A stretch of DNA of 63,461 nt from Bacteroidia bacterium (GCA_030538215.1 JAUNUM010000001.1:1-63461); one strand, 5' to 3'; shown: positions 1-10,678, numbered from the stretch's first letter. The notes: generated by a model from the sequence alone, not told the origin. Numbers and translations: made by a program.

Positions 1-1
1 G

Positions 2-253
2 AACAGTATATTCAAGAACTCAAAAAAAGAATTGTTTATATTTAAAAATTTTGAAGAATATTTTAATAGTACGGATATCTTTGAAGCGTCAAAAATCTCT
101 ATACCGGCAAAATATAAACAAAAAGATATTTTTAATATACAAGGATGTGATGTGTTCTATAGTGAGAGAATCATAGAAAGTTTTAAGAATGAGAATTTAA
201 CAGGATATGATGTTGTAACAGGATATTTTAAGATTGATATTGATTTTTATTAA
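2..253 (+). CDS. hypothetical protein, 3' fragment; the ORF is open to the window edge
   Basis: The reading frame is open from position 2 with no stop before 253 and I recognise no motif; the ORF-track fragment 32..253 begins at TTG. It lies immediately upstream of the IS1-like insertion. Confidence 0.3.
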   Translation, partial: NSIFKNSKKELFIFKNFEEYFNSTDIFEASKISIPAKYKQKDIFNIQGCDVFYSERIIESFKNENLTGYDVVTGYFKIDIDFY

Positions 254-582
254 TTCAACTTTCGCAAGCTCATTGGTAATGTTGGTAATGTTCCAAATCG
301 GGAGTTATTACCATAACAAATTGACAAACAGTATTAAAATTTAAAATTAGAGCGTAAAGGCAGGGATAGATTCCTTGCCTTTTGCTATTTTAGAGAGAAA
401 AATAATGTGTGTGTGCAATAAAAGTGTATTTATCAGCGTTATAAAGAAAAAAAATAGTTCTTTGACTTCTTTTCTAACTCTTTAGCAAGAAAACGGTAAT
501 GCTCCAAATTTGGCGATAGAAAAATAACTTGTTGAATAACAAATTAATTTATTGGAACATTTTCAAGAAATGGTGGGTGTAA

Positions 583-1333
583 TATCCACCATTTCTTATT
601 TTTATAGGTTTAAAACCAATTAAAATCACTTATTATGGATAATATCGGCGCTTCATGTTTCAGATTTGGCGACGGGTATAAATGCCCTGTGTGTCTGTCT
701 TATGATTTGGTAAAAAACGGAAAAACCGCCAATGGCAAACAACGCTACAGCTGTAAACATTGCCACAAACGCTTTATAACCCACTACACCTACAACGCCT
801 ATCGCGCTGACACCAACCGCAAAATCATACAATTTACCAAAGAGGGTTTAGGCATCCGCAGTACGGCACGGGTATTGGCTATTTCGGTTACCACCTTGCT
901 AAAACGGATACTGCTTATTGCAAGCAACATAAAACAACCACCCATTGCCAAAGGCAAAACCTACGAAGTGGACGAGATGCGCATATTTATCGGTAAGAAA
1001 AGCCGTTTGCGTTGGTTGGTGTACGCGTTGGATAGAGAAAGTAAAGAAGTAGTAACTTTCAACATCGGCAGACGAACAAACCACACTCTGTCTGTTGTGT
1101 TAAAAAGTTTGTTTTATTCAAATCCTAAAATCATATATACTGACAAGTTGAAAAACTATGGCTATCTTATCCGCCGAAAAATACATCGTACTATTTTTCG
1201 TTGCACTAACCACATCGAACGAAAAAATCTTACCCTACGCACACATTTGAAAAGATTAAATCGAAAAACTATTTGTTATAGCAAGATTGCTACGATACTA
1301 ACCGCTATTATAAAAATTTATTTGTGGGGATAA
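583..1333 (+). mobile_element. IS1-family insertion sequence, about 750 bp, boundaries approximate
   Basis: Single fused transposase ORF with InsA and InsB signatures. Imperfect terminal inverted similarity: left end tatccaccatttcttatttttatagg (583-608) versus the reverse complement of the right end ggggataa...ttataaaaat (1303-1333). The length is close to canonical IS1 (768 bp). I could not identify a target-site duplication. Confidence 0.45.
635..1333 (+). CDS. IS1 family transposase (fused InsA-InsB)
   Basis: N-terminal zinc-finger motif CPVCxxxx...CKHC as in IS1 InsA. The central segment YEVDEMRIFIGKKSRLRWLVYALDRESKEVVTF resembles the InsB DDE region (E. coli ...GAKSRQRWLFYAYD...). Confidence 0.8.
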   Translation: MDNIGASCFRFGDGYKCPVCLSYDLVKNGKTANGKQRYSCKHCHKRFITHYTYNAYRADTNRKIIQFTKEGLGIRSTARVLAISVTTLLKRILLIASNIKQPPIAKGKTYEVDEMRIFIGKKSRLRWLVYALDRESKEVVTFNIGRRTNHTLSVVLKSLFYSNPKIIYTDKLKNYGYLIRRKIHRTIFRCTNHIERKNLTLRTHLKRLNRKTICYSKIATILTAIIKIYLWG

Positions 1334-1535
1334 GACTCAATGGTCAACTCTTAAACTTCAACTATAGTTTAGTATTGTTCTATTGTATCATACTCTTAAC
1401 AAACAGCACGAAAGGTATAACTAGATCTAAAACATGGAATGAATATAGCAAGCCCCAAATTTGCAATCAGCCATATAACATAGCAAATAAATCTATCTGT
1501 TGTGCTGAAAAGCTTTTTTCAAAATAAAGGCTATC

Positions 1536-2585
1536 TTAAATAGTACCCCTCAGTTTTTCGGCATTCTCTTCAATACAGTTCTCAAACAAGGAAATAGCAT
1601 CTTCCAATGTTCCGTAGAACTCTCCACCCGAAGCATTTAGATGTCCTCCGCCATTAAAATATTTTGCTGCAAACTCATTGGTGGGAAATGTACCTTGAGA
1701 GCGAAACGACATTTTCACCATTTCTCCATCTTCACGAATAAATGCTGTAAAGATAATATCCTTAATACTAAGCGGATAATTCACAAATCCTTCGGTATCG
1801 CCCTTGTTGTAGCTAAATTGCTTCTGATCTTCGAGCGAGAGCCAAATAAGCGCCGTATGGAGTTCGGGATAAACCTTCATTCGTTGCGAAAGCGTAAAGC
1901 CGAGCAAACGAAATCGATCTTCGGAGAGATTATTATAAACCAGTGAAAAAATTCTGTCTTTATCAATTCCTTTACGAATCAGCAAGCTGATTATCAGATA
2001 AATTTCAGGATTATTGGAGTTAAAAGTAAAACCACCGGTATCTGCCATCATTCCGCAATAAATACATTCAGCTATGGTTTTATCCATCTCGTCGTATTCA
2101 TCGGCTTGGTACAGCAAACGGAAAACCAACTCACTGGTGGATGAAATTTTGGGATACGAAATAACCACATCATAAATATCTCCAGGAAAGAGATGATGAT
2201 CGATAAGCACTTTTTTGGCATCCGACTTTTCTAAAAGCGAAGCCATGTTCCCAATTCGTTTAGGAATATTATAATCGAGACTAAAAATCAGATCGGAATG
2301 GTCGAAAATAGCCTTAGCTGCCTTTGGGTTATACTCATAAATAAGAATTTCGTCTGATCCCTTCATCCATTTTAAAAAATATGGAAACGAGTTGGGCACC
2401 ATTAGTTTAACGTTTTTCTTTTTCTGTTTCAGAAAATGATACAATCCAAGCGATGCACCCAGTGCATCACCATCGGGTGAAAAATGTGTGGTTATTAAAA
2501 TTTGGTTGCTATTCTCGATAAGCTGCTGTACTTGTTGTACAAATTGTCCACCGATAACATCCGATAACGGTTCGAAATAATGCAT
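1536..2585 (-). CDS. DHH/DHHA1 family phosphoesterase (NrnA-like oligoribonuclease / pAp phosphatase)
   Basis: DHH motif region HFSPDGDALGAS, then IDHH, with a C-terminal DHHA1 GGGH motif (FNGGGHLNASG). Confidence 0.8.
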   Translation of the reverse strand: MHYFEPLSDVIGGQFVQQVQQLIENSNQILITTHFSPDGDALGASLGLYHFLKQKKKNVKLMVPNSFPYFLKWMKGSDEILIYEYNPKAAKAIFDHSDLIFSLDYNIPKRIGNMASLLEKSDAKKVLIDHHLFPGDIYDVVISYPKISSTSELVFRLLYQADEYDEMDKTIAECIYCGMMADTGGFTFNSNNPEIYLIISLLIRKGIDKDRIFSLVYNNLSEDRFRLLGFTLSQRMKVYPELHTALIWLSLEDQKQFSYNKGDTEGFVNYPLSIKDIIFTAFIREDGEMVKMSFRSQGTFPTNEFAAKYFNGGGHLNASGGEFYGTLEDAISLFENCIEENAEKLRGTI

Positions 2586-2615
2586 ATTTTTTATTTTACA
2601 AGGGCAACAAAAATA

Positions 2616-4586
2616 CTAAAAATTTATGAGAAAAGCTCCATTTCGCACCACATCGTGAGCGGAAATTCCCAGTTTTTCACATTCTCTAATCAATTTAGTT
2701 CTGGCGTACTGCGGAATAGAACTATCCACAACTATTTGTTTAGGTTGGAAGACTTTTGTTAGTTGTTCGATTGAAAAATTTCGGTCTTGCGATAAAATCA
2801 ACACATCAACCTCAAGCGGATTATCTGTTTCAACCCAACTGTAAATATTTTCGGAAAGACGTAATACTGATTTCGATGAATGGGGAATGAAACCGTTTTC
2901 TTTGATATCGAAGTACACTCTTTTTTTATTTACAAATAAGCCTATATCGCTAAAATTGGATTTATTGAAAACAGCAATTTGAGCGGGTTTTCGCGATAAT
3001 TCGGCATACATAAATGTAGATACGAACAAGAGTGAGCAAGTTAAAACTGTAATTAGTTGCGACGCTCGTTTTCGATTAAAAAACTTAAAAGCAGTAATAA
3101 CGATAATCAACAGTAAAATCATTTGAAACCCCGAAATGTACTTATCAGATAATTGTGCGTAAGGAACAGCTTCGATAAAATAAACTACTTTCAACACAAA
3201 GTTGATCAGCACTTTAAAAACCCATCCAAAAATCTGAAAAAGCCAATCGAAAACAACAAAATCAAACTGTTTTAACAACACAACGGCTATCATCGGAATA
3301 CAAGCATAGATGATAAGCCCAATCATGGGCACCACCAACATATTGGCAATGAAAAAATAAGTGGGGAAAGTTCCGAAATAATACAGAGCAATGGGAAAAA
3401 CACCCAATTGTGCTGATGTGGAAACGGTAAACAGATTCCATGTGTATTTCTTGATCTTTTGTTTGGGTTGATACAAATTATTAATCATCGGGTTGAAATA
3501 CAAAATAGCAAAAACAGCGGTAAAACTCATCTGAAATCCCACATCGAAAAGGCTCATGGGATTGTAAATAAGTATAAAAAAGGCAGCGGCAGCCAACGTG
3601 TTATAAGTAAATCCTTTTCTGCCTCCGGCAAATCCGATAGATGCAATTGTAAGCATTATTGTTGCCCGAAGCACAGATGGCGAAAGCCCGGCAAGGAAAG
3701 CGTAGAACCACAAAGCAACAATAATAAGAATTTGTTTTAGGACAAATCTTCTACCTGTTTTTCCCAGAAAAGAGAACAAAAATGTAAAAATAGCGTAAAT
3801 TATCGCCACATGTAAACCGCTAACTGCCAATACATGAGATGTTCCCGATGCACGAAACGCTTCCTGCAACTCATTGGTTAAATCGTGTTTGTAGCCCAAT
3901 GTGAGAGCTGAAATAAATGAATATGCATCGTTATCCAACTCGAATAACCGATAAAATTCCAACGCCGTTTTTCGAAACTTTTGTGCTAATATGTATAACG
4001 ATTTATTTTCTTTTCCGGTTGCATGCCAACTTGTTGAAGGCAAATAGGCACTTCCTGAAAAGCCTTTGTTGCGCATAAATCGGGCGTAATCGAAATCATC
4101 GGGATTTCCAAAATTCTTAAACGGCTGAATTTGTGCAACAAAGAATATTTCATCGCCCGGATTAATCACTCTCGCTTTATCTTCCTTTTGCAGATAAACC
4201 ACTATCTTTTTACTTATCGGGTAGCCGGTTTCTACGTTACAGGCAAAAGAGCGCGGTTTTTCCTGCGGAATGTCAACAACTGTGCCAACACAAGCAATGG
4301 GTTTATTTGTAAAAGGGAAATCAGATTCAGCCTTTTTGTACTGATATAAAACGGCAAACAAACCAAAAACAAAGGCAAAAAGTCCAATTCCAAAAAGCCA
4401 TCGAAAAATAAACTGCCGATTCTCCGTAACGAAAAATGAAAGAGCCATCGCACCTGCACCCACAGTGCAAATCAGCCAAGGATAAGGAATTTCAACAAGA
4501 AAAGAAGATACAACTATAGCCGTTACTGCGGGCAACAATAATCGCAAAAATGGTATTTTAGATACAAAATCGCTCATAACTGTCAC
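2616..4586 (-). CDS. comEC: ComEC/Rec2 family DNA internalization-related competence protein
   Basis: Polytopic membrane protein carrying the competence-domain signature SHVLAVSGLHVAIIY. Confidence 0.8.
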   Translation of the reverse strand: MTVMSDFVSKIPFLRLLLPAVTAIVVSSFLVEIPYPWLICTVGAGAMALSFFVTENRQFIFRWLFGIGLFAFVFGLFAVLYQYKKAESDFPFTNKPIACVGTVVDIPQEKPRSFACNVETGYPISKKIVVYLQKEDKARVINPGDEIFFVAQIQPFKNFGNPDDFDYARFMRNKGFSGSAYLPSTSWHATGKENKSLYILAQKFRKTALEFYRLFELDNDAYSFISALTLGYKHDLTNELQEAFRASGTSHVLAVSGLHVAIIYAIFTFLFSFLGKTGRRFVLKQILIIVALWFYAFLAGLSPSVLRATIMLTIASIGFAGGRKGFTYNTLAAAAFFILIYNPMSLFDVGFQMSFTAVFAILYFNPMINNLYQPKQKIKKYTWNLFTVSTSAQLGVFPIALYYFGTFPTYFFIANMLVVPMIGLIIYACIPMIAVVLLKQFDFVVFDWLFQIFGWVFKVLINFVLKVVYFIEAVPYAQLSDKYISGFQMILLLIIVITAFKFFNRKRASQLITVLTCSLLFVSTFMYAELSRKPAQIAVFNKSNFSDIGLFVNKKRVYFDIKENGFIPHSSKSVLRLSENIYSWVETDNPLEVDVLILSQDRNFSIEQLTKVFQPKQIVVDSSIPQYARTKLIRECEKLGISAHDVVRNGAFLINF

Positions 4587-4625
4587 GTTTATGAGTGAGA
4601 AATAGTTTCTGAGTTTTTCTGAAAA

Positions 4626-5276
4626 CTACAGAGATTTCAGCTCGTGAATAGTTTGAATGGGATCGTTAGCAGCAAAAACAAAATTTCCGGCAACCAACAC
4701 ATCGGCTCCGGCATCTACCAAACGTTTTCCGGTATCAAGATTTACGCCGCCATCCACTTGAATAAGCGTTTGAGTATTTTTTCGGAGAATCAATTCTTTT
4801 AAAACCTCAACTTTTTCGACTGAATTTTCAATAAATTTTTGTCCGCCAAATCCGGGATTAACCGACATCAGCAAAACCATATCCAGATCGTTAATAATAT
4901 CTTCAAGCAACAAAACAGGAGTGTGCGGATTGAGCGTTACACCAGCCTTCATTCCATGCTTTTTAATTTCATTTACCACCCGATGCAAATGCGTGCAAGC
5001 TTCATAATGCACGTTCATCATATACGCTCCGGTTGCGGCAATTTCGGAAACAAATTTTTCGGGCTGCACAATCATCAAATGCACATCCAACGGCTTTTTC
5101 GCACTCTTTTTCAGCAAATTAAGAATTGGGAAACCAAATGAAATATTAGGAACAAAAACGCCATCCATAATATCGAGATGTATCCAATCGGCTTCACTCC
5201 GATTCAACATTTCGATGTCTTTTTCAAGATTTAGAAAATTGGCCGACAGTAATGAAGGTGCAACTAAATGACTCAT
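4626..5276 (-). CDS. rpe: ribulose-phosphate 3-epimerase
   Basis: N-terminus APSLLSANFLNLEKDI...HLDIMDGVFVPNISFG and an SVNPGFGGQKF motif, both typical of Rpe. Confidence 0.9.
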   Translation of the reverse strand: MSHLVAPSLLSANFLNLEKDIEMLNRSEADWIHLDIMDGVFVPNISFGFPILNLLKKSAKKPLDVHLMIVQPEKFVSEIAATGAYMMNVHYEACTHLHRVVNEIKKHGMKAGVTLNPHTPVLLLEDIINDLDMVLLMSVNPGFGGQKFIENSVEKVEVLKELILRKNTQTLIQVDGGVNLDTGKRLVDAGADVLVAGNFVFAANDPIQTIHELKSL

Positions 5277-5569
5277 ATCGTTATCAATTTTAAATCTTCA
5301 AAGATAATAAAAACTCAATTGATAATGAACGAATTTAAAGGAATAGGCAATTTTTTCTCTACACGAAGCGATTTTGCGTAGAGAAGAATAATGTGAATAC
5401 TTAAACAACTTGGAGTTTTTACGTTCAACTTACCAGACGATGAGGATTGATGAGTAAAATTGGGCATAGGCACATCTTTTTCGTTTTATTTTAAAAACGG
5501 GATTCTCTTTCATTTATTATTCTGAGAGCAAAAAAACAGTAAAAAAAGAGCTAACTATCTTTTTTTATG

Positions 5570-5577
5570 TATCTTTG
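5570..5577 (+). promoter_or_regulatory. candidate Bacteroidetes sigma-A -7 element (TATCTTTG)
   Basis: Matches the TAnnTTTG -7 consensus of Bacteroides promoters, about 33 bp upstream of the start codon at 5610. Confidence 0.35.
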
Positions 5578-5609
5578 CGGCGTTTTTAAACATAAAAAAG
5601 AAAAAGATT

Positions 5610-6725
5610 ATGAAGAAATTTTCAATTTTGCTTATCACAGCTATCGTTTTGATTTCTTGTCAAAGCAATAAAAATTACAAAATTACCGGAACTGTTACCG
5701 ATTCCGCTTATGAAGGTAAAAACGTGTACGTTCAGGAAATGACGGCCAATGAAATGGTAGCGGTTGACACAGCTGTTATCACAAACGGTGCTTTTACATT
5801 CGAAGGTCTTGCCGATTCTACGGTATTGCGCTTTATCGCTCTCGACGAAACGGTTAACCCACAAAAGCCATCGCGAGTACTTACAGTTTTAGAACCCGGA
5901 AATATCGACATCAAATTCGATTCTACTATTACAGTTACCGGTTCTAAATTGAATAATGACTACAATACTTTCCGAAAAGAGGAAGAGAAAATTTCAAAAG
6001 AAATGCGTGCCGTTTCACAGAAATATCGTGAATTAGCTTCTGCCGGATTAATGACAGATTCAGTTGACGTTGAACTAAATGAACAATTCGACAAAATGTC
6101 GGAAGACTTGTCAACAAAAACTGCCGATTTTATTAAAACCAATATTCAAAATCCATTAGGCAAGTTCTTATTTATGACTTCGGCGGAAATGTTTAAACCC
6201 GAAACTCAAAGAGAAATTCTCGCTCTTACCGATGATGCTTACAAAGCGGAAGCAAATATTCAACGTATTGTTAAACGTCTCGACAATGCCGAAAAAGTAG
6301 CTATCGGTCAGAAATTCGTAGATTTCACGATGAAAGATACGAAAGGAAACGATGTATCTCTATCTGATTATGCCGGAAAAGGAAAAGTTGTACTTATTGA
6401 CTTTTGGGCATCATGGTGTGGTCCTTGTGTTGCCGAAATGCCTAACGTAGTGGCTGCTTACAATAATTATAAAAACAAAGGCTTTGAAGTTGTTGGTGTT
6501 TCACTCGACAAAGAAGAAGAAAAGTGGCTTGCCGGAATTAAAGAATTACAGATGACTTGGCCTCAAATGTCAGACCTGTTATTTTGGGAAACTCCCGTTG
6601 TAGAACTGTACGCTTTCCGCGGAATCCCACATACTGTTCTTTTGGATAAAGACGGAACTATTATAGCAAAAGACCTTCGTGGAGCAGAACTACATAATAA
6701 ACTGAATGAATTATTGGGAAAATAA
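5610..6725 (+). CDS. TlpA-like thiol-disulfide oxidoreductase lipoprotein (thioredoxin fold, AhpC/TSA family) with an N-terminal domain of unknown function
   Basis: Lipoprotein signal peptide (…LISC at residue 17). Thioredoxin active site WASWCGPC in the C-terminal half. Confidence 0.75.
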   Translation: MKKFSILLITAIVLISCQSNKNYKITGTVTDSAYEGKNVYVQEMTANEMVAVDTAVITNGAFTFEGLADSTVLRFIALDETVNPQKPSRVLTVLEPGNIDIKFDSTITVTGSKLNNDYNTFRKEEEKISKEMRAVSQKYRELASAGLMTDSVDVELNEQFDKMSEDLSTKTADFIKTNIQNPLGKFLFMTSAEMFKPETQREILALTDDAYKAEANIQRIVKRLDNAEKVAIGQKFVDFTMKDTKGNDVSLSDYAGKGKVVLIDFWASWCGPCVAEMPNVVAAYNNYKNKGFEVVGVSLDKEEEKWLAGIKELQMTWPQMSDLLFWETPVVELYAFRGIPHTVLLDKDGTIIAKDLRGAELHNKLNELLGK

Positions 6726-6753
6726 AATCCCTCAATTTAAAATATCTGAAAAA

Positions 6754-6784
6754 AGCTGTACAATTTGTACGGCTTTTTTTGTTA
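6754..6784 (+). terminator. rho-independent terminator after the TlpA-like gene
   Basis: agctgtaca-att-tgtacggct hairpin with one G-U pair, followed by a T7 run. Confidence 0.55.
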
Positions 6785-6833
6785 AAAATCGTGTACAACG
6801 GGCTTTACTTCGCTTTATTATGAAATAATTATC

Positions 6834-6841
6834 TACTTTTG
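6834..6841 (+). promoter_or_regulatory. candidate -7 element (TACTTTTG)
   Basis: TAnnTTTG match about 24 bp upstream of the ATG at 6865. Confidence 0.35.
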
Positions 6842-6864
6842 CACAAAGTAAGAAACAGAAGAGA

Positions 6865-7941
6865 ATGCAGCTACGATTGAAAAAAATTATTATTTACTGT
6901 TTGGGAATTTTATTTCTGATTTCGACAGAAAATATTTTTGCACAAAAAAATGGATTCACGGTTGTCATTGATCCCGGTCATGGTGGGCGAGATCCCGGTG
7001 CACTGGGTGCGAGTTCAAAAGAAAAGGATATTGTGCTTTCTGTGGGGAAAAAATTAGGAGACCTCATAAAAAACAATCATCGGGAGGTAAACGTTTTATA
7101 TACTCGAGATACCGATAAGTTTGTAGAACTGAACAAAAGAGCCGAAATAGCCAATAAAGCAAAAGCCGATTTATATATTTCACTGCATTGCAATGCACTT
7201 GATAGAAGAAGGCAGTCGCCACAAGGCGTAGAAACTTTTGTTTTAGGATTGCACCGAAGCAAAGATAACTTGGATGTAGCTAAAGCCGAAAACTCGGTAA
7301 TTTTGTACGAAGATGATTATTCCACCAAATATCAAGGTTTCAATCCCAACGAACCGGAGTCGTACATCATATTCGAGTTTATGACTGATCAATACCTTCA
7401 ACAAAGCGTTTACTTTGCGTCGCTAGTGCAAAACAGGCTGGTTAACAGTTCTAAAAGGACAAATCGGAATGTGCGCCAAGCCGGTTTTTTGGTACTGCGC
7501 GAAGTAGCAATGCCGAGTATTCTTGTAGAGCTTGGCTATATTTCGAACACAACAGACGAACGGTACATGAAAACCGAAAGTGGACAAAACTCACTGGCAA
7601 ACTCCGTTTATCTGGCATTTAAAGAATACAAACACGAATACGACAAAAAAAGCCACGTATTCACAAATCCGGAACAACGGCAAACAGCAGCAGCTAGCGC
7701 ATCTGCTACTACAAGTGAGTATCGGATTCAGTTTCTTACAACATCGCGAAAACTCACAGATAATTCTTCGCAGTTGAAAGGATTGAAACCTGTAGATTTT
7801 TATGTAGATGGCAGCACGTACAAATATACATACGGCCAATCATCCGACCTTAACGAAATCAATAAAATGCTCAAAACTGTTCAAGCCAAATTTAAAGATG
7901 CGTTTATTGTAGAATTCAGAAATGGTAAAAGGGTAAAATAA
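6865..7941 (+). CDS. N-acetylmuramoyl-L-alanine amidase (Amidase_3) with a C-terminal SPOR domain
   Basis: Signal peptide. DPGHGGRDPGA motif of AmiC-type amidases. C-terminal about 80 residues (EYRIQFLTTSRKL...FIVEF) resemble a SPOR domain. Confidence 0.8.
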   Translation: MQLRLKKIIIYCLGILFLISTENIFAQKNGFTVVIDPGHGGRDPGALGASSKEKDIVLSVGKKLGDLIKNNHREVNVLYTRDTDKFVELNKRAEIANKAKADLYISLHCNALDRRRQSPQGVETFVLGLHRSKDNLDVAKAENSVILYEDDYSTKYQGFNPNEPESYIIFEFMTDQYLQQSVYFASLVQNRLVNSSKRTNRNVRQAGFLVLREVAMPSILVELGYISNTTDERYMKTESGQNSLANSVYLAFKEYKHEYDKKSHVFTNPEQRQTAAASASATTSEYRIQFLTTSRKLTDNSSQLKGLKPVDFYVDGSTYKYTYGQSSDLNEINKMLKTVQAKFKDAFIVEFRNGKRVK

Positions 7942-7952
7942 AGAAATAATTT

Positions 7953-8855
7953 ATGCAAAGTCAAAGCAAATTCAGTAGAAATTTTATTATAGGAGTTTCA
8001 TTTCTTATCGCTCTGCTACTCCTTTATTTTGGAGTAAATTTCCTAAAAGGCACCAATGTTTTGAAAAAACAGAAAACCTATACTGTAATTTTCGAAAATG
8101 TATCAGGATTGCATCCCTCATCGCCGGTGTATGTGAACGGTTATCAAATAGGGCTGGTAAATAATATCAAGATGCACAACCCCAATCCGCTTCAATTTGC
8201 TGTTGACATTAATCTTGAAAGCGATTATCGAATACCCAAAGGAAGTTATTTCGAGTTTGGTTCCGATCTACTGGGCGCATCTCAAGTAAATCTCGTTGTT
8301 AATCAAGCAAGTGGAACACTTCTTTCACCGGGCGACACGTTATTAGGGCGACAAAAAGCCGATATGATGAAAAGTGCTGCCGGAATGTTGCCTAAAGCCG
8401 ATTCTATTTTGATGCAAGTTGACTCTGTTGTTCTTACCCTACATAAACTTTTGTCAAATCCCATGTGGGAGCAATCCATTACAGGCATTGGATCAACAGT
8501 TTCACAATTAGAACAATCCAGCAAAAACATAAACATTATAATAGCATCGTTGAGGAAAGACTTGCCGGTTGTAACTCAAAATCTCACTACTGTCTCCAAC
8601 GATTTAAAAGGTGTTGCTTCTGAACTCAATTCACTGGAACTTCAAAAAACATTCGGTTCAATAGACAATACGGTAGAAAACTTAAGATTATTATCTTCAA
8701 AACTCAATAACACCGATAATTCGTTAGGTAAATTGGTCAATGACACCCAACTGCACGATAGCTTAACGAACACCATATATTCAGCAACAAAACTGCTTGA
8801 GGATATACGTGAAAATCCGAAGCGATATTTAAGCATAAAATTGCGCCTGTTCTAA
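7953..8855 (+). CDS. MlaD/MCE family protein
   Basis: N-terminal transmembrane helix, then an MCE-like segment (YTVIFENVSGLHPSSPVYVNGYQIGLV). Confidence 0.65.
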   Translation: MQSQSKFSRNFIIGVSFLIALLLLYFGVNFLKGTNVLKKQKTYTVIFENVSGLHPSSPVYVNGYQIGLVNNIKMHNPNPLQFAVDINLESDYRIPKGSYFEFGSDLLGASQVNLVVNQASGTLLSPGDTLLGRQKADMMKSAAGMLPKADSILMQVDSVVLTLHKLLSNPMWEQSITGIGSTVSQLEQSSKNINIIIASLRKDLPVVTQNLTTVSNDLKGVASELNSLELQKTFGSIDNTVENLRLLSSKLNNTDNSLGKLVNDTQLHDSLTNTIYSATKLLEDIRENPKRYLSIKLRLF

Positions 8856-9234
8856 GTTTCTGAAAACTGAGTTGTTTTTATCAATTTCACCTTATATAGA
8901 TTCATTCTAAATATCAACTTTGTTTTTTAACTCTCTTAAAAGTGTTGATTTATTGAGTTTAAGTAACAAAAATGTAACTTTTAGCCCAATATAAAGTAAG
9001 CTTAATACACTTATCGCAGAACTCTACTAATCAAGTAATTATAGCTCGACTGAATTATCTAAAAGGCTATAACACAGCACACTGCCCCTATTAGACTGAT
9101 AATTAAGCGGGTGTTTTATTACAAAATTGCAAATAGCAAAACGATTTTTTTTTCTCGATTTTTTTTTGAAAATTTGTACTCTCCAAACAAAAAGTAGGAC
9201 CACAAGGAAAAAGGAAAATCATTAAATTATTTAA

Positions 9235-10635
9235 ATGAACACTGACTGTAAAATTTTATGGAAGAACTGTCTTGACGTGATTCGTGATATTATTCCCGAA
9301 GCTGCGTTCAATACATGGTTTAGCCCCATTGTCCCATTAAAATATGAGGACAACGTTCTCACCATTCAAGTGCCCAGCCAGTTTTTTTACGAATATCTTG
9401 AGGACAAATACATCGACCTTATCCAACAAACGCTTTACCGCAAAATTGGCGAAGGTACCATTCTCAACTACCGCATTTTGGTAGAATCAGAAAGCAATAC
9501 CACGGTTGAAATGCGCGGAGAACCCAAATTTTCCGCTCCAGATAAAAAGAATCCGAAACCGATTACAACAAAGGTTCCCAGTCCTTTCGACAGAGTTGAG
9601 CCATCAGAGTTCGATTCACAGATAAATTCCAAATACACGTTCAACAACTTCTTCGAAGGCGAAAGTAACCGTTTAGCGCGCACCGCTGCCGAAGCCGTAG
9701 GCATGAATCCGGCGAAAACAGCTTTTAATCCGCTTTTTGTGTATGGAAAATCGGGCGTTGGAAAAACGCATTTATGCCACGCTATCGGATCAAAAGTACT
9801 TGAATTGTATCCGGACAAAAAGGTACTTTATATTACTGCACATTTATTTAAAGTGCAATACACCGATGCACGTAGATTCAACACTATAAACGATTTCATC
9901 AATTTCTACCAAAGTATTGATGTGCTTATTATTGATGATATACAGGAATTATCGGGATTGGAGAAAACCCAAAACACATTTTTCCATATTTTCAACCATC
10001 TGCATCAAAACAACAAGCAACTGGTAATGACATCGGATTGCTCGCCAACCGAAATGCAGGGTATGGAAGAGCGCTTACTCACACGTTTCCGTTGGGGATT
10101 ATCAACTAAACTGGAGCGCCCCGATAAAGAACTCCGCAAGAAAATTCTAAAACACAAAGTTTTAACGGACGGCTTAACTATTTCGGATCAAGTAATCGAC
10201 TTCATTGCCGAAAATGTAACGGAAAACGTACGCGATCTCGAAGGCATTATCGTGTCGTTGATGGCACACTCCATCATTAACAATCGTGAAATCGATCTTG
10301 CTCTTACACGCCGAGTAATGGAGCAAAATATCCGTTTTGAGAAGAAAAAAATTACGGTACAAAAAATTCAAGAAACAGTTAGCGATTACTATAGCGTGAA
10401 AAGAGAGTTGATTCAGTCTGCATCGCGAAAAAGAGAAATTGTACAGGCGCGCCAAGTAACCATGTTCTTCATCAAGAAACACACCGAATTATCGCTTTCG
10501 CAAATTGGTATTCAGGTTGGAAATCGTAATCATGCAACCGTTCTTCATGCTTGTAACACCATCAGAGACTTATCTGAGGTTGATAAAAGCTTCCGTTCCG
10601 ATATAGAAGAAATAGAACGGCTATTGCAATCTTAG
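9235..10635 (+). CDS. dnaA: chromosomal replication initiator protein DnaA
   Basis: Walker A GKSGVGKTHL, AAA+ core, and the C-terminal DnaA DNA-binding domain (…VTMFFIKKHTELSLSQIG…). Confidence 0.95.
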   Translation: MNTDCKILWKNCLDVIRDIIPEAAFNTWFSPIVPLKYEDNVLTIQVPSQFFYEYLEDKYIDLIQQTLYRKIGEGTILNYRILVESESNTTVEMRGEPKFSAPDKKNPKPITTKVPSPFDRVEPSEFDSQINSKYTFNNFFEGESNRLARTAAEAVGMNPAKTAFNPLFVYGKSGVGKTHLCHAIGSKVLELYPDKKVLYITAHLFKVQYTDARRFNTINDFINFYQSIDVLIIDDIQELSGLEKTQNTFFHIFNHLHQNNKQLVMTSDCSPTEMQGMEERLLTRFRWGLSTKLERPDKELRKKILKHKVLTDGLTISDQVIDFIAENVTENVRDLEGIIVSLMAHSIINNREIDLALTRRVMEQNIRFEKKKITVQKIQETVSDYYSVKRELIQSASRKREIVQARQVTMFFIKKHTELSLSQIGIQVGNRNHATVLHACNTIRDLSEVDKSFRSDIEEIERLLQS

Positions 10636-10678
10636 CCTCTTTTGACATTCCAAATTGGTTTTTCCACAAATATTTTTT

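Noticed and set aside
1324-1527. 67-aa ORF downstream of the IS1 transposase
   Set aside because: It starts inside the IS right end or intergenic region with no motifs; probably non-coding.
5351-5385. ttctctac-n15-gtagagaa inverted repeat in the rpe / tlpA intergenic region
   Set aside because: It shares the GTAGAG hexamer with the palindrome family, but arm orientation and spacing differ. It is probably an unrelated small hairpin, perhaps an rpe terminator lacking a U-run.
8856-9234. Possible oriC with DnaA boxes upstream of dnaA
   Set aside because: No TTATCCACA-like cluster was found by eye. Only T-tracts are present.
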